Assembly (NCBI GenBank): GCA_963816355.1
Contig: CAWFKH010000001.1
Coordinates: 96,001 to 160,000 of the forward strand
Direction: 5' to 3'
DNA length: 64,000 nt
From: an uncultured Gemmatimonadales bacterium
GTDB lineage: Bacteria; Gemmatimonadota; Gemmatimonadetes; Longimicrobiales; RSA9
Below the pieces are notes generated by a model. The model was not told where the DNA came from. It was given only the letters and a program-made list of their open reading frames with translations, and ran no database searches. Positions 35,634 to 45,281 of the stretch are shown here, piece by piece (the stretch's first letter is position 1; every line of letters starts with the position of its first letter). Made by a program: the position numbers and the translations under genes.

Positions 35634-38553
35634 TCACCGCACCGCCCCCGCCGCGCCGCTGCGGCGCGGATCGGCGCCCGCGGTGACCACGCCGTCGTGG
35701 ATCGCGATCGCGGCGCCGTACCCCTCGCGCAGCTCACCGCGCAGCGATACGAACTGGAAGCGGTGCCCCATCGCCTCGAGGCGCTCGATCACCCCGGGGT
35801 CGAAGCCATCCTCGGCGAGCACGACGCTCTCACGGCCGCCGCCGGCGGCGCGCCTCGACGAGAGCAGGAAGCGCGGCAGCTCGAGCGCTTGCTGCGGGTC
35901 CAGGCCGAAGTCGACGAGGCCCACGAGCTCCTCGTAGACACCCGCCGTGATCCACGCATTGCCGGCGGTGCCGAACGCGAACGCCGGCCGCTTCGCCGCG
36001 CCGGTGCCGTGGAAGACGATCGTCGGGCTGATCGTGCTGCCGTGCCGCGCGTTCGGCAGCCGCGCGCCGTACGCGTCCGGGTCGAGCGCGTAGGAAGTCA
36101 GCTTGTCGTTGTAGGTGAAGCCGAGCCCGGGCGAGACGTAGAAGGTGCCGCCCCACGTGCCGAGCGTCTGCGTCACCGACACCACGTTGCCGTCGCCGTC
36201 CGCGACGACGAAGGCGGTCGTCCCGCTCAGGTGGCAGTGGCCGCCGTCGCCGCGCAGCGCACAGCGCGCGGGGCCGCCGTCGGGGCTGGCGGGCGCCGGC
36301 CGTTCGTCATCGCTCGCGCCGGCCGGCCCTTCGTCGCGAGTGGATCCCGCCGGCGGCGATGCGGCCTGGCACGGCGGCGGGCCACCGCCGCCGAAGAGGT
36401 CGTCGGCCGACGCGCGCTCCGGATCGAAGCAGCGCCAGCGCGCCGCCGCGGTGTCCTTGCTCGTGAACGGCGTCACGTCGACCGGCCACAGGCCGGGGTC
36501 GGCGATGCGTCCGCGCGCCGACGGCTCGAGCTTCCACGCCTCGAGCATCGCGTGCAGCGTCGCGGCGTCGTCGGTGTAGCGCCGCATCGGCGAGAAGTTC
36601 TCGAGCAGGTTGAGCTTGGCGACGAGGCTGGCGCCGCCCGCCGACGGCGGCGCGCTCGAGTAGACGGTGAAGCCGCGGTAGGTGCCGGAGACCGGCTCGC
36701 GGACGGCGGCGTAGTAGCGCTCGACGTCGCGCATCCGCATCGCGCTGCCGTGGGCGCGCAGATCCTCGACCATGCGGCGGCCGACGTCGCCGTGGTAGAA
36801 CGCGTCGGCGCCACCCTTCGCGATCGCGCGCAACGTGGCGGCGAGGTCCGGATTGCGCAGGGTGTCGCCCGCGGCGAGCGGCTCGCCGTCCGGAAAGAAG
36901 AGGCGACGGCTCCCCTCGTACTTCAGGAAGTGCTCGCGCTCCACGGCGAGCGTGGCCGCGAGGCCGTCGGAGACTTCGAAGCCCCACTCCGCCGCGCGGA
37001 TCGCCGGCTCCAGCAGGTCCGACCACGGCAGCGTCCCGTACTCCTTCCACGCGCGGTACATGCCCGCGAGCGTGCCGGGCACCTGCGTCAGCACCGGGCC
37101 GTCGTCCGGGTAGCGCCCGCCCTCGAGGAGCGCGCCGTTCTCCAGCGTCGCGTCCTGTGGCGTGCGCGTCATGAACTCGAACAGCGTCGGATCGGCCATG
37201 CCGGGCCGCCACACGAGCATCTGGCCGTAGCCGCCGATCCCGCTCGCCTCCGGCTCGACCACGCCCAGCGCGAAGGACACCGCGACGGCGGCGTCGACCA
37301 CGTTGCCGCCTCGCCGCAGCATCTCGAGACCGGCCGCCGTCGCGACCGGGTTCGCGCTCGACACCGCGGCGCGCCCGCTCGCGGGCTCTCGCAGCGGCGG
37401 CCGCTCGAGCATCATCGCGTGGATCGCCGCCTCCAGCGCGGAGTCGCTCTGCGCCGCGACGGCGCGGGCCCGGTAGCGCGAGCCCACCCGCTCCCACTCC
37501 GCGCGACGCTCGGCGAGCCGCTCTGCCGGGCGGCGCGGCGTGCCGGGACGGTCGGCGTAGTAGAGGTCGCGCACGCGCCGCCACGCGCGCTCGAACGCCG
37601 CCGCGTTCGCCGTGCGCCGGTCGACTTCCGCGCCGAAGTCGAGACGCGCCAGCCCGGCGCCCGGCGCCGGCGGCGCCGCGAATCAGCCACAGCCGATGCG
37701 CGGCGGGGAAGAGCGCCCGCTCGTCGCGGTCGCGCAGCCGCAATGGGTCGCCGTTGAACGACGCGTCCGGACCGGGCAGCTCCGCGAGCGCGATGCGGCC
37801 GCCCTCCGGCGACCACGCCGGTGCCGCCGCGTCGCGCGAGACCAGGTTGCGGTAGCTGCCGACGCGGTCCGTGACCCACACGCCCGCCCGCGCCCCTCGC
37901 TCCGTGAACGCGAGTCGACCTCCGTCCGGCGACCACGCCGGCCGCTCCGCCGCGACGCCATCGAGTACCACCCGTTCGTCGCCGCCGTCGAGACGCACCG
38001 TGCGCAGCGCGGCGCCGCGGGCGCCCTGCTCGACGTACGCGACGACGTCGCCGCCGGGCGCCACCGCCGGCCACCGCTGCGCGCCCTCCCGCCGCGTCAG
38101 CCGCCGCTCCTCGCCGGACGCCGCGCGGACCCAGAGCCTCGCCGCCGCCCCGCTCCCACGCACGAACACGACGCCCCCATCCGGCGCCGCCACCGGCTCC
38201 CGATCGGAGCCGCCCGCCGTCACCCGTTCCGGCTCTCCCGCCACGCCGTCCCCGCCCACGCGCACGCGCCAGATCGCGAAGCCGCCCGCGCGGTCCGACG
38301 CGAAGAGGACCGCCGCCCCGTCCGCGGACCACGCCGGCTCGACGTCGAGCGCCGGGTCGCTCGTCAGGCGGACCCAGCCCCTCGCGGGAACGTGGACGTC
38401 CGTGCCGGGCGGAAGCGGCGCGCGCGTCGCCCACAGATCGCCGCCCGCCGCGACGACCAGGCGCCCGTCCGGGGAGAAGGCGGGGTCGCGCGGCGCGCCG
38501 GGAGCGCCGGTCGCGACCACGATCTGGGCCACCAGCAGCAGGGTTGCGGTCAT
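35634..38553 (-). pseudogene. ggt: secreted TolB-like (PD40) propeller + Tricorn-C1-like + gamma-glutamyltransferase fusion, interrupted by a +1 frameshift at ~37681 (may be a sequencing error)
   Basis: N-part has PAFSPDG/PAWSADG/PAWSPDG repeats; C-part has GGNVVDAAVA..GVVEPEASGIGG, GTTAFVVADGDGN, GADPRR. Removing one T from ATT-C gives HRLWLIAAPPAPG and a continuous ~972-aa frame. Confidence 0.85.
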
Positions 38554-38800
38554 CGTCTACGCAGGGCGATCGTGGAAGCATCGGCGCGCTTGCGGCGGCC
38601 GGCGGGCAGAGCGCCCGGCGGTGGAGCGACACGGCCTCTCGGGCGGCGAATCGTGCGGCGGCCGCAGCCGCGCCGTCAAGCCGAGACGCCCCGGACGTCG
38701 CGCGGGCCGGGGTTGTTCGGGGCGGTCGCGGGCAGTACGATACTCCCCTTCCCGGGCGGCTCCGCTCGGGGCCGGACTTTCCCCTCTTCCCCCGACGGTG

Positions 38801-39217
38801 ATGAACGGGCGCTGGCGCGGCAACCGCAAGTCGGAACCGCTCTCCGGCCACCGCGGCGACGACCCGGTCGGGAAGCGGGGGCCGAGGCCGGAGATCACGC
38901 CCACCGCGATCGGTCCGACGGAGGACGCCAGCCGCCTGCGCGTCGACTGGGCCGATGGCCACCGCTCCGAGTACTCGCCCCGCTATCTCAGACTGCAGTG
39001 CCGGTGCGCCAACTGCGTCGACGAGATGACCGGGCGGCCGCGGCTCGACCCCACGCGGGTGCCGGAGGACGTCTATCCGCTGGCGATCCACTACGTCGGG
39101 CGCTACGCGATCCGCATCGAATGGAGCGACGGCCACGACACGGGGATCTACCCCTACGAGCTGCTGCGCAAGATCTGCCCCTGCGAGGCGTGTGACATCG
39201 AGGAGGCCGCGAGCTGA
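38801..39217 (+). CDS. DUF971 (GBBH-like N-terminal) domain protein
   Basis: WADGHRS..LRLQCRCANC..VGRYAIRIEWSDGHDTGIY; extra C-terminal CPCEAC. Confidence 0.88.
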   Translation: MNGRWRGNRKSEPLSGHRGDDPVGKRGPRPEITPTAIGPTEDASRLRVDWADGHRSEYSPRYLRLQCRCANCVDEMTGRPRLDPTRVPEDVYPLAIHYVGRYAIRIEWSDGHDTGIYPYELLRKICPCEACDIEEAAS

Positions 39218-39222
39218 CCAGG

Positions 39223-40512
39223 GTGCCCGCCGCCTTCCGCGCCTTCCGCCACCGCGACTTCAGCCTCTTCTTCGGCGGTCAGTTCCTCTCCCTCGTCGGC
39301 ACCTGGATGCAGCAGGTCGCGATGAGCTGGCTCGTGTACCGGCTCACCGGCTCCGCCTTCGTGCTCGGCCTGCTCGGCTTCGCCACCCAGTTCCCCGGCT
39401 TCGTCATCTCCCCCTTCGCCGGCGTCTTCGTCGACCGCTGGGACCGCCGCCGCATCGTGATCGCCACCCAGGCGGCATCCATGGCGCAGGCGTTCCTGCT
39501 CGCCACGCTCGTCGTCTCGGGCGCGATCCGCGTGTGGCACCTGCTCGCGCTCGGCGTCGTCCTCGGCGTCATCAACGGCTTCGACGTCCCCGCCCGCCAG
39601 TCCTTCCTCGTCCAACTCGTCGAGGGCAGCGACGACCTCGCCAACGCGATCGCCCTCAACTCCTCCATGTTCAACGCCGCCCGCCTCGTCGGACCCGCCA
39701 TCGCCGGCCTGCTGATCGGCCTCGTCGGCGAGGGGACCGTCTTCATGGCGAACGCGCTCAGCTACGTCGCCGTCCTCGCCGCGCTCTTCGCGATCCGGCC
39801 GCATCCCGCCGCACGCGCGGGCGGCACCGTCGACGTCGTCCGCGACATCCGCGAAGGCTTCGCCTACGCCTTCGGCTTCCCCCCGATCCGCGCCGTGCTG
39901 CTCGTCCTCGCCCTCGTCTCGCTGGTCGGCATGCCCTACGTCGTGCTGCTGCCCGTCTTCGCCAGCGACGTGCTCGGCGGCGGCGCCAGCACGCTCGGCT
40001 TCCTCACCTCCGCCGCGGGACTCGGCGCGCTCGCCGGCGCGCTCCGCCTCGCCTCGCGCACCACGGTGCGCGGGCTGGGCCGCGTGATCGCGATCAATGG
40101 AGCCGTGTTCGGCGCCGCCCTCGTCGGCTTCGGCGCCTCGCGCGCGACATGGCTCTCCGCCGCGATCGTGCTCGTCGCCGGATTCGGCATGATGAGCTTC
40201 TCGGCGTCGATCAACACGGTGCTGCAGACCCTCGTCACCGAAGACAAGCGCGGCCGCATCATGAGCCTGTACAGCATGGCGTTCATGGGGATGTCGCCGT
40301 TCGGCAGCCTCATCGGAGGCTCGATCGCGAGCCGCTTCGGCGCGCCGCTCGCCGTCGCGGTGGGCGGCGGTGCCTGCATCGCCGGCGCCGCGTGGTTCGG
40401 CCGCGCGCTGCCCGCGCTGCGCGCGATCGTGCGGCCGATCTACGTCGAAAAGGGGATCATCCCGGAGGTCGCGCGCGGCATCCAGGCGGCCACGATCCAG
40501 CGCCCGCGCTGA
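39223..40512 (+). CDS. MFS transporter (MFS_3/DUF894-like)
   Basis: FRHRDFSLFFGGQFLSLVGTWMQQVAMSWLVYRLTGS, DVPARQS, NAIALNS..FNAARLVGPA. Confidence 0.93.
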   Translation: MPAAFRAFRHRDFSLFFGGQFLSLVGTWMQQVAMSWLVYRLTGSAFVLGLLGFATQFPGFVISPFAGVFVDRWDRRRIVIATQAASMAQAFLLATLVVSGAIRVWHLLALGVVLGVINGFDVPARQSFLVQLVEGSDDLANAIALNSSMFNAARLVGPAIAGLLIGLVGEGTVFMANALSYVAVLAALFAIRPHPAARAGGTVDVVRDIREGFAYAFGFPPIRAVLLVLALVSLVGMPYVVLLPVFASDVLGGGASTLGFLTSAAGLGALAGALRLASRTTVRGLGRVIAINGAVFGAALVGFGASRATWLSAAIVLVAGFGMMSFSASINTVLQTLVTEDKRGRIMSLYSMAFMGMSPFGSLIGGSIASRFGAPLAVAVGGGACIAGAAWFGRALPALRAIVRPIYVEKGIIPEVARGIQAATIQRPR

Positions 40513-40542
40513 CGCCTCGCGCAGCGCGCGTTGCCGAGCGCG

Positions 40543-41757
40543 CTAACGACCCTCGACGCCGGACGCTTCCACGCCCAGTTCGCGCAGCACCTCCGCCGTG
40601 TGCTCGCCGAGCAGCGGCGGCGGCCGCGGCGCGCCCGGCCGGCGCCCGTCGCGCTCGAGCGGCAGCGCCACGTCGCGGTACGCCGCGATGCGCGGGTGCG
40701 GCGGCGCCCGCAACATGCCGGTCGCCGCGACCTGCGGATCCGCCGCGACGGCAGCCATGTCGCGGATCGGCGCGCACGGCACTCCCTCCGCGTGCAACCG
40801 CGCCTCCAGCGCGGCGCTCGCCAGCCCGCGCGTCAGCTCGGCGATGCGACCCTCCAGCTCACGGCGGTGCCGAACGCGATCCGGATTCGTCGCGAAACGC
40901 GCGTCCGCGGCCAGGGCCGGCGCGCCCACGACGCGGCAGAGCGCGGCGAAGAGCGCGTCCGTCGCGGCGGTGATCATCAGCCAGCCGTCCGCGGTCGCGA
41001 AGGCGCCGTAAGGCGCGATCATCGCGATGCCGCTGCCCTCCGGCCCGGGCACCTCGCCGGTCGCGAGGTAGCCGAGCAGGTGATAGCCGCTCCACGCCAG
41101 CGCCGTGTCGAGCAGCGACGCGACCACGCGTCCGCCGCGGCCGGTGCGGCCCCGCTCCCGCAGCGCCGCCAGCACGCCGATCGCCGCCCACATCCCGGTC
41201 CCCATGTCCACCACCGACGCGCCGATCCGCGCCGGCGGCGCACCCGCGTGGCCGGTCACCGACATCAGCCCGGCGTACGCCTGAAGGATCGGGTCGTAGC
41301 CGGGCCGCTCGCGCAGCGGTCCGCGATGGGCGAACGCGACAATGTCGCAGTACACGGCACGCGGATTCAGCCGCGCGACATCGCCGTAGCCGAGTCCGAG
41401 AGCGTCCGCCACGCCGGCGCGGAACGACTGCAGCACGACGTCCGCCCGCGCCAGCAGCCGCCGCGCCGCACGGCGCCCGTCCTCCGCCTTCAGGTCGAGC
41501 ACGACGCTCCGCTTGCCGCGGTTCGCCGCCAGGAACATCGTGCTCTCGCCGTTCCAGAACGGCGGTCCCCACAGGCGGGCCGGGTCGCCCCCGGGGCGCT
41601 CGACCTTGACCACGTCGGCGCCCAGGTCCGCCAGAATCTGCGCGCAGTACGGGCCCGCCAGGCTCTCGGTGAAGTCCGCCACGAGAAGCCCCTCGAGCGC
41701 CGGCGGTGGCCGCTCTCTTGCGTCGCCGGCCGAGACGTCATGCGCATCGATATGCAC
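40543..41757 (-). CDS. CaiB/BaiF family III CoA-transferase
   Basis: LAGPYCAQILADLGADVVKVE, NRGKRSVVLDLK, GYD..QA..GLMSVTG, PPLLGEHT. Start uncertain (GTG 41757). Confidence 0.92.
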   Translation of the reverse strand: MHIDAHDVSAGDARERPPPALEGLLVADFTESLAGPYCAQILADLGADVVKVERPGGDPARLWGPPFWNGESTMFLAANRGKRSVVLDLKAEDGRRAARRLLARADVVLQSFRAGVADALGLGYGDVARLNPRAVYCDIVAFAHRGPLRERPGYDPILQAYAGLMSVTGHAGAPPARIGASVVDMGTGMWAAIGVLAALRERGRTGRGGRVVASLLDTALAWSGYHLLGYLATGEVPGPEGSGIAMIAPYGAFATADGWLMITAATDALFAALCRVVGAPALAADARFATNPDRVRHRRELEGRIAELTRGLASAALEARLHAEGVPCAPIRDMAAVAADPQVAATGMLRAPPHPRIAAYRDVALPLERDGRRPGAPRPPPLLGEHTAEVLRELGVEASGVEGR

Positions 41758-41835
41758 CGGGATCTCTCCCTCGTCGTGCTGCTCGGCTTCCTCGCGCTCG
41801 CCGTCGCGGCGCTCTTCGTGCTCTTCGCCGTTTGA
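41740..41835 (+). CDS. possible single-TM micropeptide (31 aa)
   Basis: MRIDMHRDLSLVVLLGFLALAVAALFVLFAV with nearly all third positions G/C; overlaps the putative caiB start on the opposite strand. Confidence 0.3.
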   Translation: MRIDMHRDLSLVVLLGFLALAVAALFVLFAV

Positions 41836-41874
41836 ACGGAAGAGACGGGCGCCGCCGTCCAACGCCACGCGGCT

Positions 41875-42792
41875 TCAGGTCGCCGACGTCGGCCGCGCCA
41901 GCGCGTCGCCCAGCCGGATCGAGGCCCCCTCCCGCACTGCGTCCACCCTCTCCATCCCACGCTCCAGCAGGACCACCACCGTCGAGCCGAGGTGGAACGC
42001 CATGAGGTCGTCGCCCCGCTCGATCGGCAGCGCGGGCGCGTAATCCCGCGTCGTCGCCACCGCCCCGCGCCGATTCGTCACCCACCCCGGCGCGCCCGCG
42101 GGCGCACTCCACGCGGCGTCGAACGCGGCCGAGATGCGCCCCACGTTGTACGCCCCGATCGCAATCACCGCCAGCAAACCGTACCGGCCATCGATGTAGC
42201 AGATCAGCCGCTCGTTGCGCACGAAGAGATCCGCGACCGACACGACCGCCGCGGGATTGACCGGGAGCAACGCGCCCGGAACGTAACGGGCGCGCGGGAT
42301 CACGCCGCCGGCCGGGGCGTGGATGCGATGGTAGTCGCGCGGACCGAGGTAGAGCGTCGCGAACGCCCCGCCCTCGAAGCGCTCCGCCGCGTCGTCGTCG
42401 AGCAGCTCCGCGGCCGAGTACCACCGCCCCTTCGCCTGCAGCAGGCGGCCCGACCGCACGACGCCCACCGCGCCCACCGTGCCGTCCACCGGGCTCGCCA
42501 CCACCCGCGGATCCGCCGGCCAGCAGCGCACGCCCTCCCGCAGCCGGCGCACGAAGAACGCGTTCAGCGAACCGTACGCCTCCAGCGGCCGCGCCACCTC
42601 CGACACCTCCACGCCCACCGCCCGCGCGAAGGCGCCGAGGAGCGGCCGCCGCAGCCGCCGCGGGATCGGCGCGTCCGCCAGACGCCCGAAACCGCGGCTC
42701 AACGCCCCCTGCGGCAGGCGACGCAGCCCCGCCAGCGCCAACCGCCACGCCGCCGACACGCGCGCCCCGCCCGCTCCCGGCTCCTCATCCAT
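41875..42792 (-). CDS. psd: phosphatidylserine decarboxylase proenzyme
   Basis: LNAFFVRRL, SPVDG, YLGPRDYHRIHAP, NER, NVGRI, FHLGSTVV (LGST self-cleavage motif). Confidence 0.93.
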   Translation of the reverse strand: MDEEPGAGGARVSAAWRLALAGLRRLPQGALSRGFGRLADAPIPRRLRRPLLGAFARAVGVEVSEVARPLEAYGSLNAFFVRRLREGVRCWPADPRVVASPVDGTVGAVGVVRSGRLLQAKGRWYSAAELLDDDAAERFEGGAFATLYLGPRDYHRIHAPAGGVIPRARYVPGALLPVNPAAVVSVADLFVRNERLICYIDGRYGLLAVIAIGAYNVGRISAAFDAAWSAPAGAPGWVTNRRGAVATTRDYAPALPIERGDDLMAFHLGSTVVVLLERGMERVDAVREGASIRLGDALARPTSAT

Positions 42793-42885
42793 GCGATCGC
42801 CCACGACCACGCGGCGCGGCCGCGCCACACCGCGCAGCCGCGCCCCGCCCCGGAGCCGCCCTCCGCTTCAGAGCCGCGCCCCGCT

Positions 42886-44106
42886 TCAGAGCCGCGCCCC
42901 GACCGACGCCTCGAGCACTTCGGCGATCGCCGGCAGCACCGACTCCAGCTCCTCCTTCGTCACCGTCAGCGGCGGCGCAAAGCGCACCACCTGCTCGTGC
43001 GTCTCCTTCGCCAGGATCCCGCGCTCCTGGAGCGCCTCGCAGAACGGCCGCGCCGGACCCGACGAGTCCCGGATCACGACGCCGATCAACAGGCCCTTGC
43101 CGCGCACCTCCGCCACGTGCGGCGAGGCCAGCTCCCGCAACTCCTCCATGAACCAGGCGCCCAGCTCCGCCGCCCGCTCCGACAGCCGCTCCTCCACGAT
43201 CACCCGCAGCGACGCCCGCGCCACCGCCGCCGCCAGCGGATTGCCGCCGAACGTCGAACCGTGGGTCCCCGGCGTGAAGACGTCCAGCACCTCCGCGTCC
43301 GCGAGCACCGCCGACACCGGATAGACCCCGCCGCCCAGCGCCTTCCCCACGATCACCACGTCCGGCCGCACGTCCGACCACTGCGAGCAGAACAGCCGGC
43401 CCGTGCGCCCCAGACCCGTCTGGATCTCGTCCGCCACCAGCAGCGCGCCGTGCTCCGCGCACAGCTCCGCCGCCGCCGCCAGATACCCCTCCGGCGGCAC
43501 CACCACCCCCGCCTCTCCCTGGATCGGCTCCACCAGGAACGCCACCGTCCGATCCGTGAACGCCGCCGCAAGCGCCCCCACGTCGCCGTACGGCACCCGC
43601 ACGAACCCCGGCGTGAACGGACCGAACCCCTCCTTGTACAGAGGCTCCGCCGAAAAGCCCACAATCGTCGTCGTGCGGCCGTGGAAGTTGCCGTCGCACA
43701 CGATGATCTCCGCCTCCCCCGCCGGCACGCCCTTCACCTCGTACCCCCACTTCCGCACCGCCTTCAGCGCCGTCTCCACCGCCTCCGCTCCCGTGTTCAT
43801 CGGCAGCGCTTCCTCATAGCCCGCCAGCTCGCAGAGCTCCTCCAAAAACGGCCCCATCTGGTCGTTGTGAAACGCCCGTGACGTCAGCGTCAGCTTCCCC
43901 GCCTGCTCCGTCAACGCCCCCACGATCGCCGGATGCCGGTGCCCCTGGTTCAGCGCCGAGTACGCCGACAACATGTCCATGTAGCGCTTCCCCTCCACGT
44001 CCCACACCCACACCCCCTCGCCTCGCTCCAGTACCACCGGGAGTGGATGATAATTATGCGCACTCCACCGCTCCGCCTGCGCGACCAGCTTCTCGCTCTT
44101 CGTCAT
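42886..44106 (-). CDS. rocD: ornithine--oxo-acid aminotransferase
   Basis: AHNYHPLPVV, SAYSALNQGHRHP, LTSRAF, MNTGAEAVETA, EPIQGEAG, DEIQTGLGRTG, GKALGGG, HGSTFGGNP; AAAGGA RBS. Confidence 0.95.
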   Translation of the reverse strand: MTKSEKLVAQAERWSAHNYHPLPVVLERGEGVWVWDVEGKRYMDMLSAYSALNQGHRHPAIVGALTEQAGKLTLTSRAFHNDQMGPFLEELCELAGYEEALPMNTGAEAVETALKAVRKWGYEVKGVPAGEAEIIVCDGNFHGRTTTIVGFSAEPLYKEGFGPFTPGFVRVPYGDVGALAAAFTDRTVAFLVEPIQGEAGVVVPPEGYLAAAAELCAEHGALLVADEIQTGLGRTGRLFCSQWSDVRPDVVIVGKALGGGVYPVSAVLADAEVLDVFTPGTHGSTFGGNPLAAAVARASLRVIVEERLSERAAELGAWFMEELRELASPHVAEVRGKGLLIGVVIRDSSGPARPFCEALQERGILAKETHEQVVRFAPPLTVTKEELESVLPAIAEVLEASVGARL

Positions 44107-44193
44107 CGCCTTATCCTTTCGTCCCGCCGTTCGTCCCGCCGTCGTCGTGGATCCCCGCGCGCCGTGGCCACCCGCCCACCCCCCGCCGCGAGG

Positions 44194-44232
44194 AATGGAA
44201 AAATATTCACTACACATGAATAATGTCAATCG
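44194..44232 (-). promoter_or_regulatory. sigma70-like promoter of rocD overlapped by two tandem ARG-box-like sites
   Basis: Minus strand TTGACA(44229-44224)-N18-TATTTT(44205-44200); plus strand TGGAAAAATATTCA (44196) and TGAATAATGTCAAT (44217), 21 bp apart; a conspicuous AT island. Confidence 0.65.
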
Positions 44233-44348
44233 GCCGCGGCGCGGGGCGGTGCCCGCGGGGGCGCCGCCGGACACGGGCGCAGTGCCGGCTTGCACGCGGC
44301 GGTCGCGGCGGGTATCGTCGGGCCAACCCGCGACGGAACGGTAGAGTG

Positions 44349-45281
44349 ATGGCAGAAGGGGCGCAACGGATCGTATCGGTGCTGGCGAGCGCGACGGAGA
44401 TCGTGGACGCGCTCGGGCTGGGGGGGCGCCTGGTGGGGATCTCGCACGAGTGCGACCATCCGCCTGCGCTGCTGGACCGGCCGCGCGTGAGCCGGCCGCG
44501 CTTCGAGGTGGCGGGCTTGTCGAGTGGGGAGGTGGACCGTGCGGTGCGGCGGGCGATGGAGGAGGAGGGAAGCGTCTACGCGCTGGACGGCGGGGCGCTG
44601 GAGGCGCTGGCACCGGACCTGGTATTGACGCAGGCAGTGTGTGAGGTGTGCGCGGTGCCGACGCGTGGGGTGCGCGAGGTGGTGGCGGCGCGCGGGCTGG
44701 ACGCGGCGGTGGTGTCGCTGGACGCGCACACGCTGGAGGAGATCCTGGAGTCGATCCGGGTGGTGGGGCGGGCGGCGGGGGTCGCGGAGCGGGCGGCGTC
44801 GGTGGTGGCGGCGCTGGAGGCGCGGCTGGCGGCGGTGGCGGCGGCGGTGGCGGGCGCGGCGCGGCCGCGGGTGCTGGCGGTGGAGTGGCTGGACCCGCCG
44901 TTCGTGCCGGGCCACTGGGTGCCGGAGCAGATCGAGCGGGGGGGCGGCCGCAACGTGGTGGGGGAGGTGGGTCGCCGCTCACGGGAGGCGACGTGGGAGT
45001 CGCTGGCGGGCCTCGATCCGGACGTATTGCTGATCATGCCGTGCGGCTACGACCTGGAGGCGTCGCGGCACGACGCGGATGCGCACGCGGCGGAGCTCGG
45101 GCAGGTGGCGCCGCGCGCGGTCGAGGCGGGCGGCGCGTACGTGGTGGACGGGTCGTCGTACTTCAACCGCTCGGGCCCTCGCGCGGTGCGGGGGGTGGAG
45201 ATCCTGGCGGGGCTGCTGCACCCGGATCGCTTTCCGCCGCCGGGGCCGCGGGAGGCGGCGGTGTGGCGTCCGGCGGGCTGA
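44349..45281 (+). CDS. BtuF-like/cobalamin-Fe-siderophore periplasmic-binding-fold protein without signal peptide
   Basis: RIVSVLASATEIVDALG..GISHECD..TQAVCEVCAV..EWLDPP..GHWVPE..PCGYD..DGSSYFNRSGPR. Confidence 0.85.
   Translation: MAEGAQRIVSVLASATEIVDALGLGGRLVGISHECDHPPALLDRPRVSRPRFEVAGLSSGEVDRAVRRAMEEEGSVYALDGGALEALAPDLVLTQAVCEVCAVPTRGVREVVAARGLDAAVVSLDAHTLEEILESIRVVGRAAGVAERAASVVAALEARLAAVAAAVAGAARPRVLAVEWLDPPFVPGHWVPEQIERGGGRNVVGEVGRRSREATWESLAGLDPDVLLIMPCGYDLEASRHDADAHAAELGQVAPRAVEAGGAYVVDGSSYFNRSGPRAVRGVEILAGLLHPDRFPPPGPREAAVWRPAG

Noticed and set aside
42836..42900. Short imperfect ~18-bp repeats (CTTCAGAGCCGCGCCCC) at the rocD 3' end
   Set aside because: A local duplication of the gene end with no further structure; too small to interpret.
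44230..44348. Cobalamin riboswitch upstream of the btuF-like gene
   Set aside because: The region is short and I could not find B12-box or conserved core motifs.
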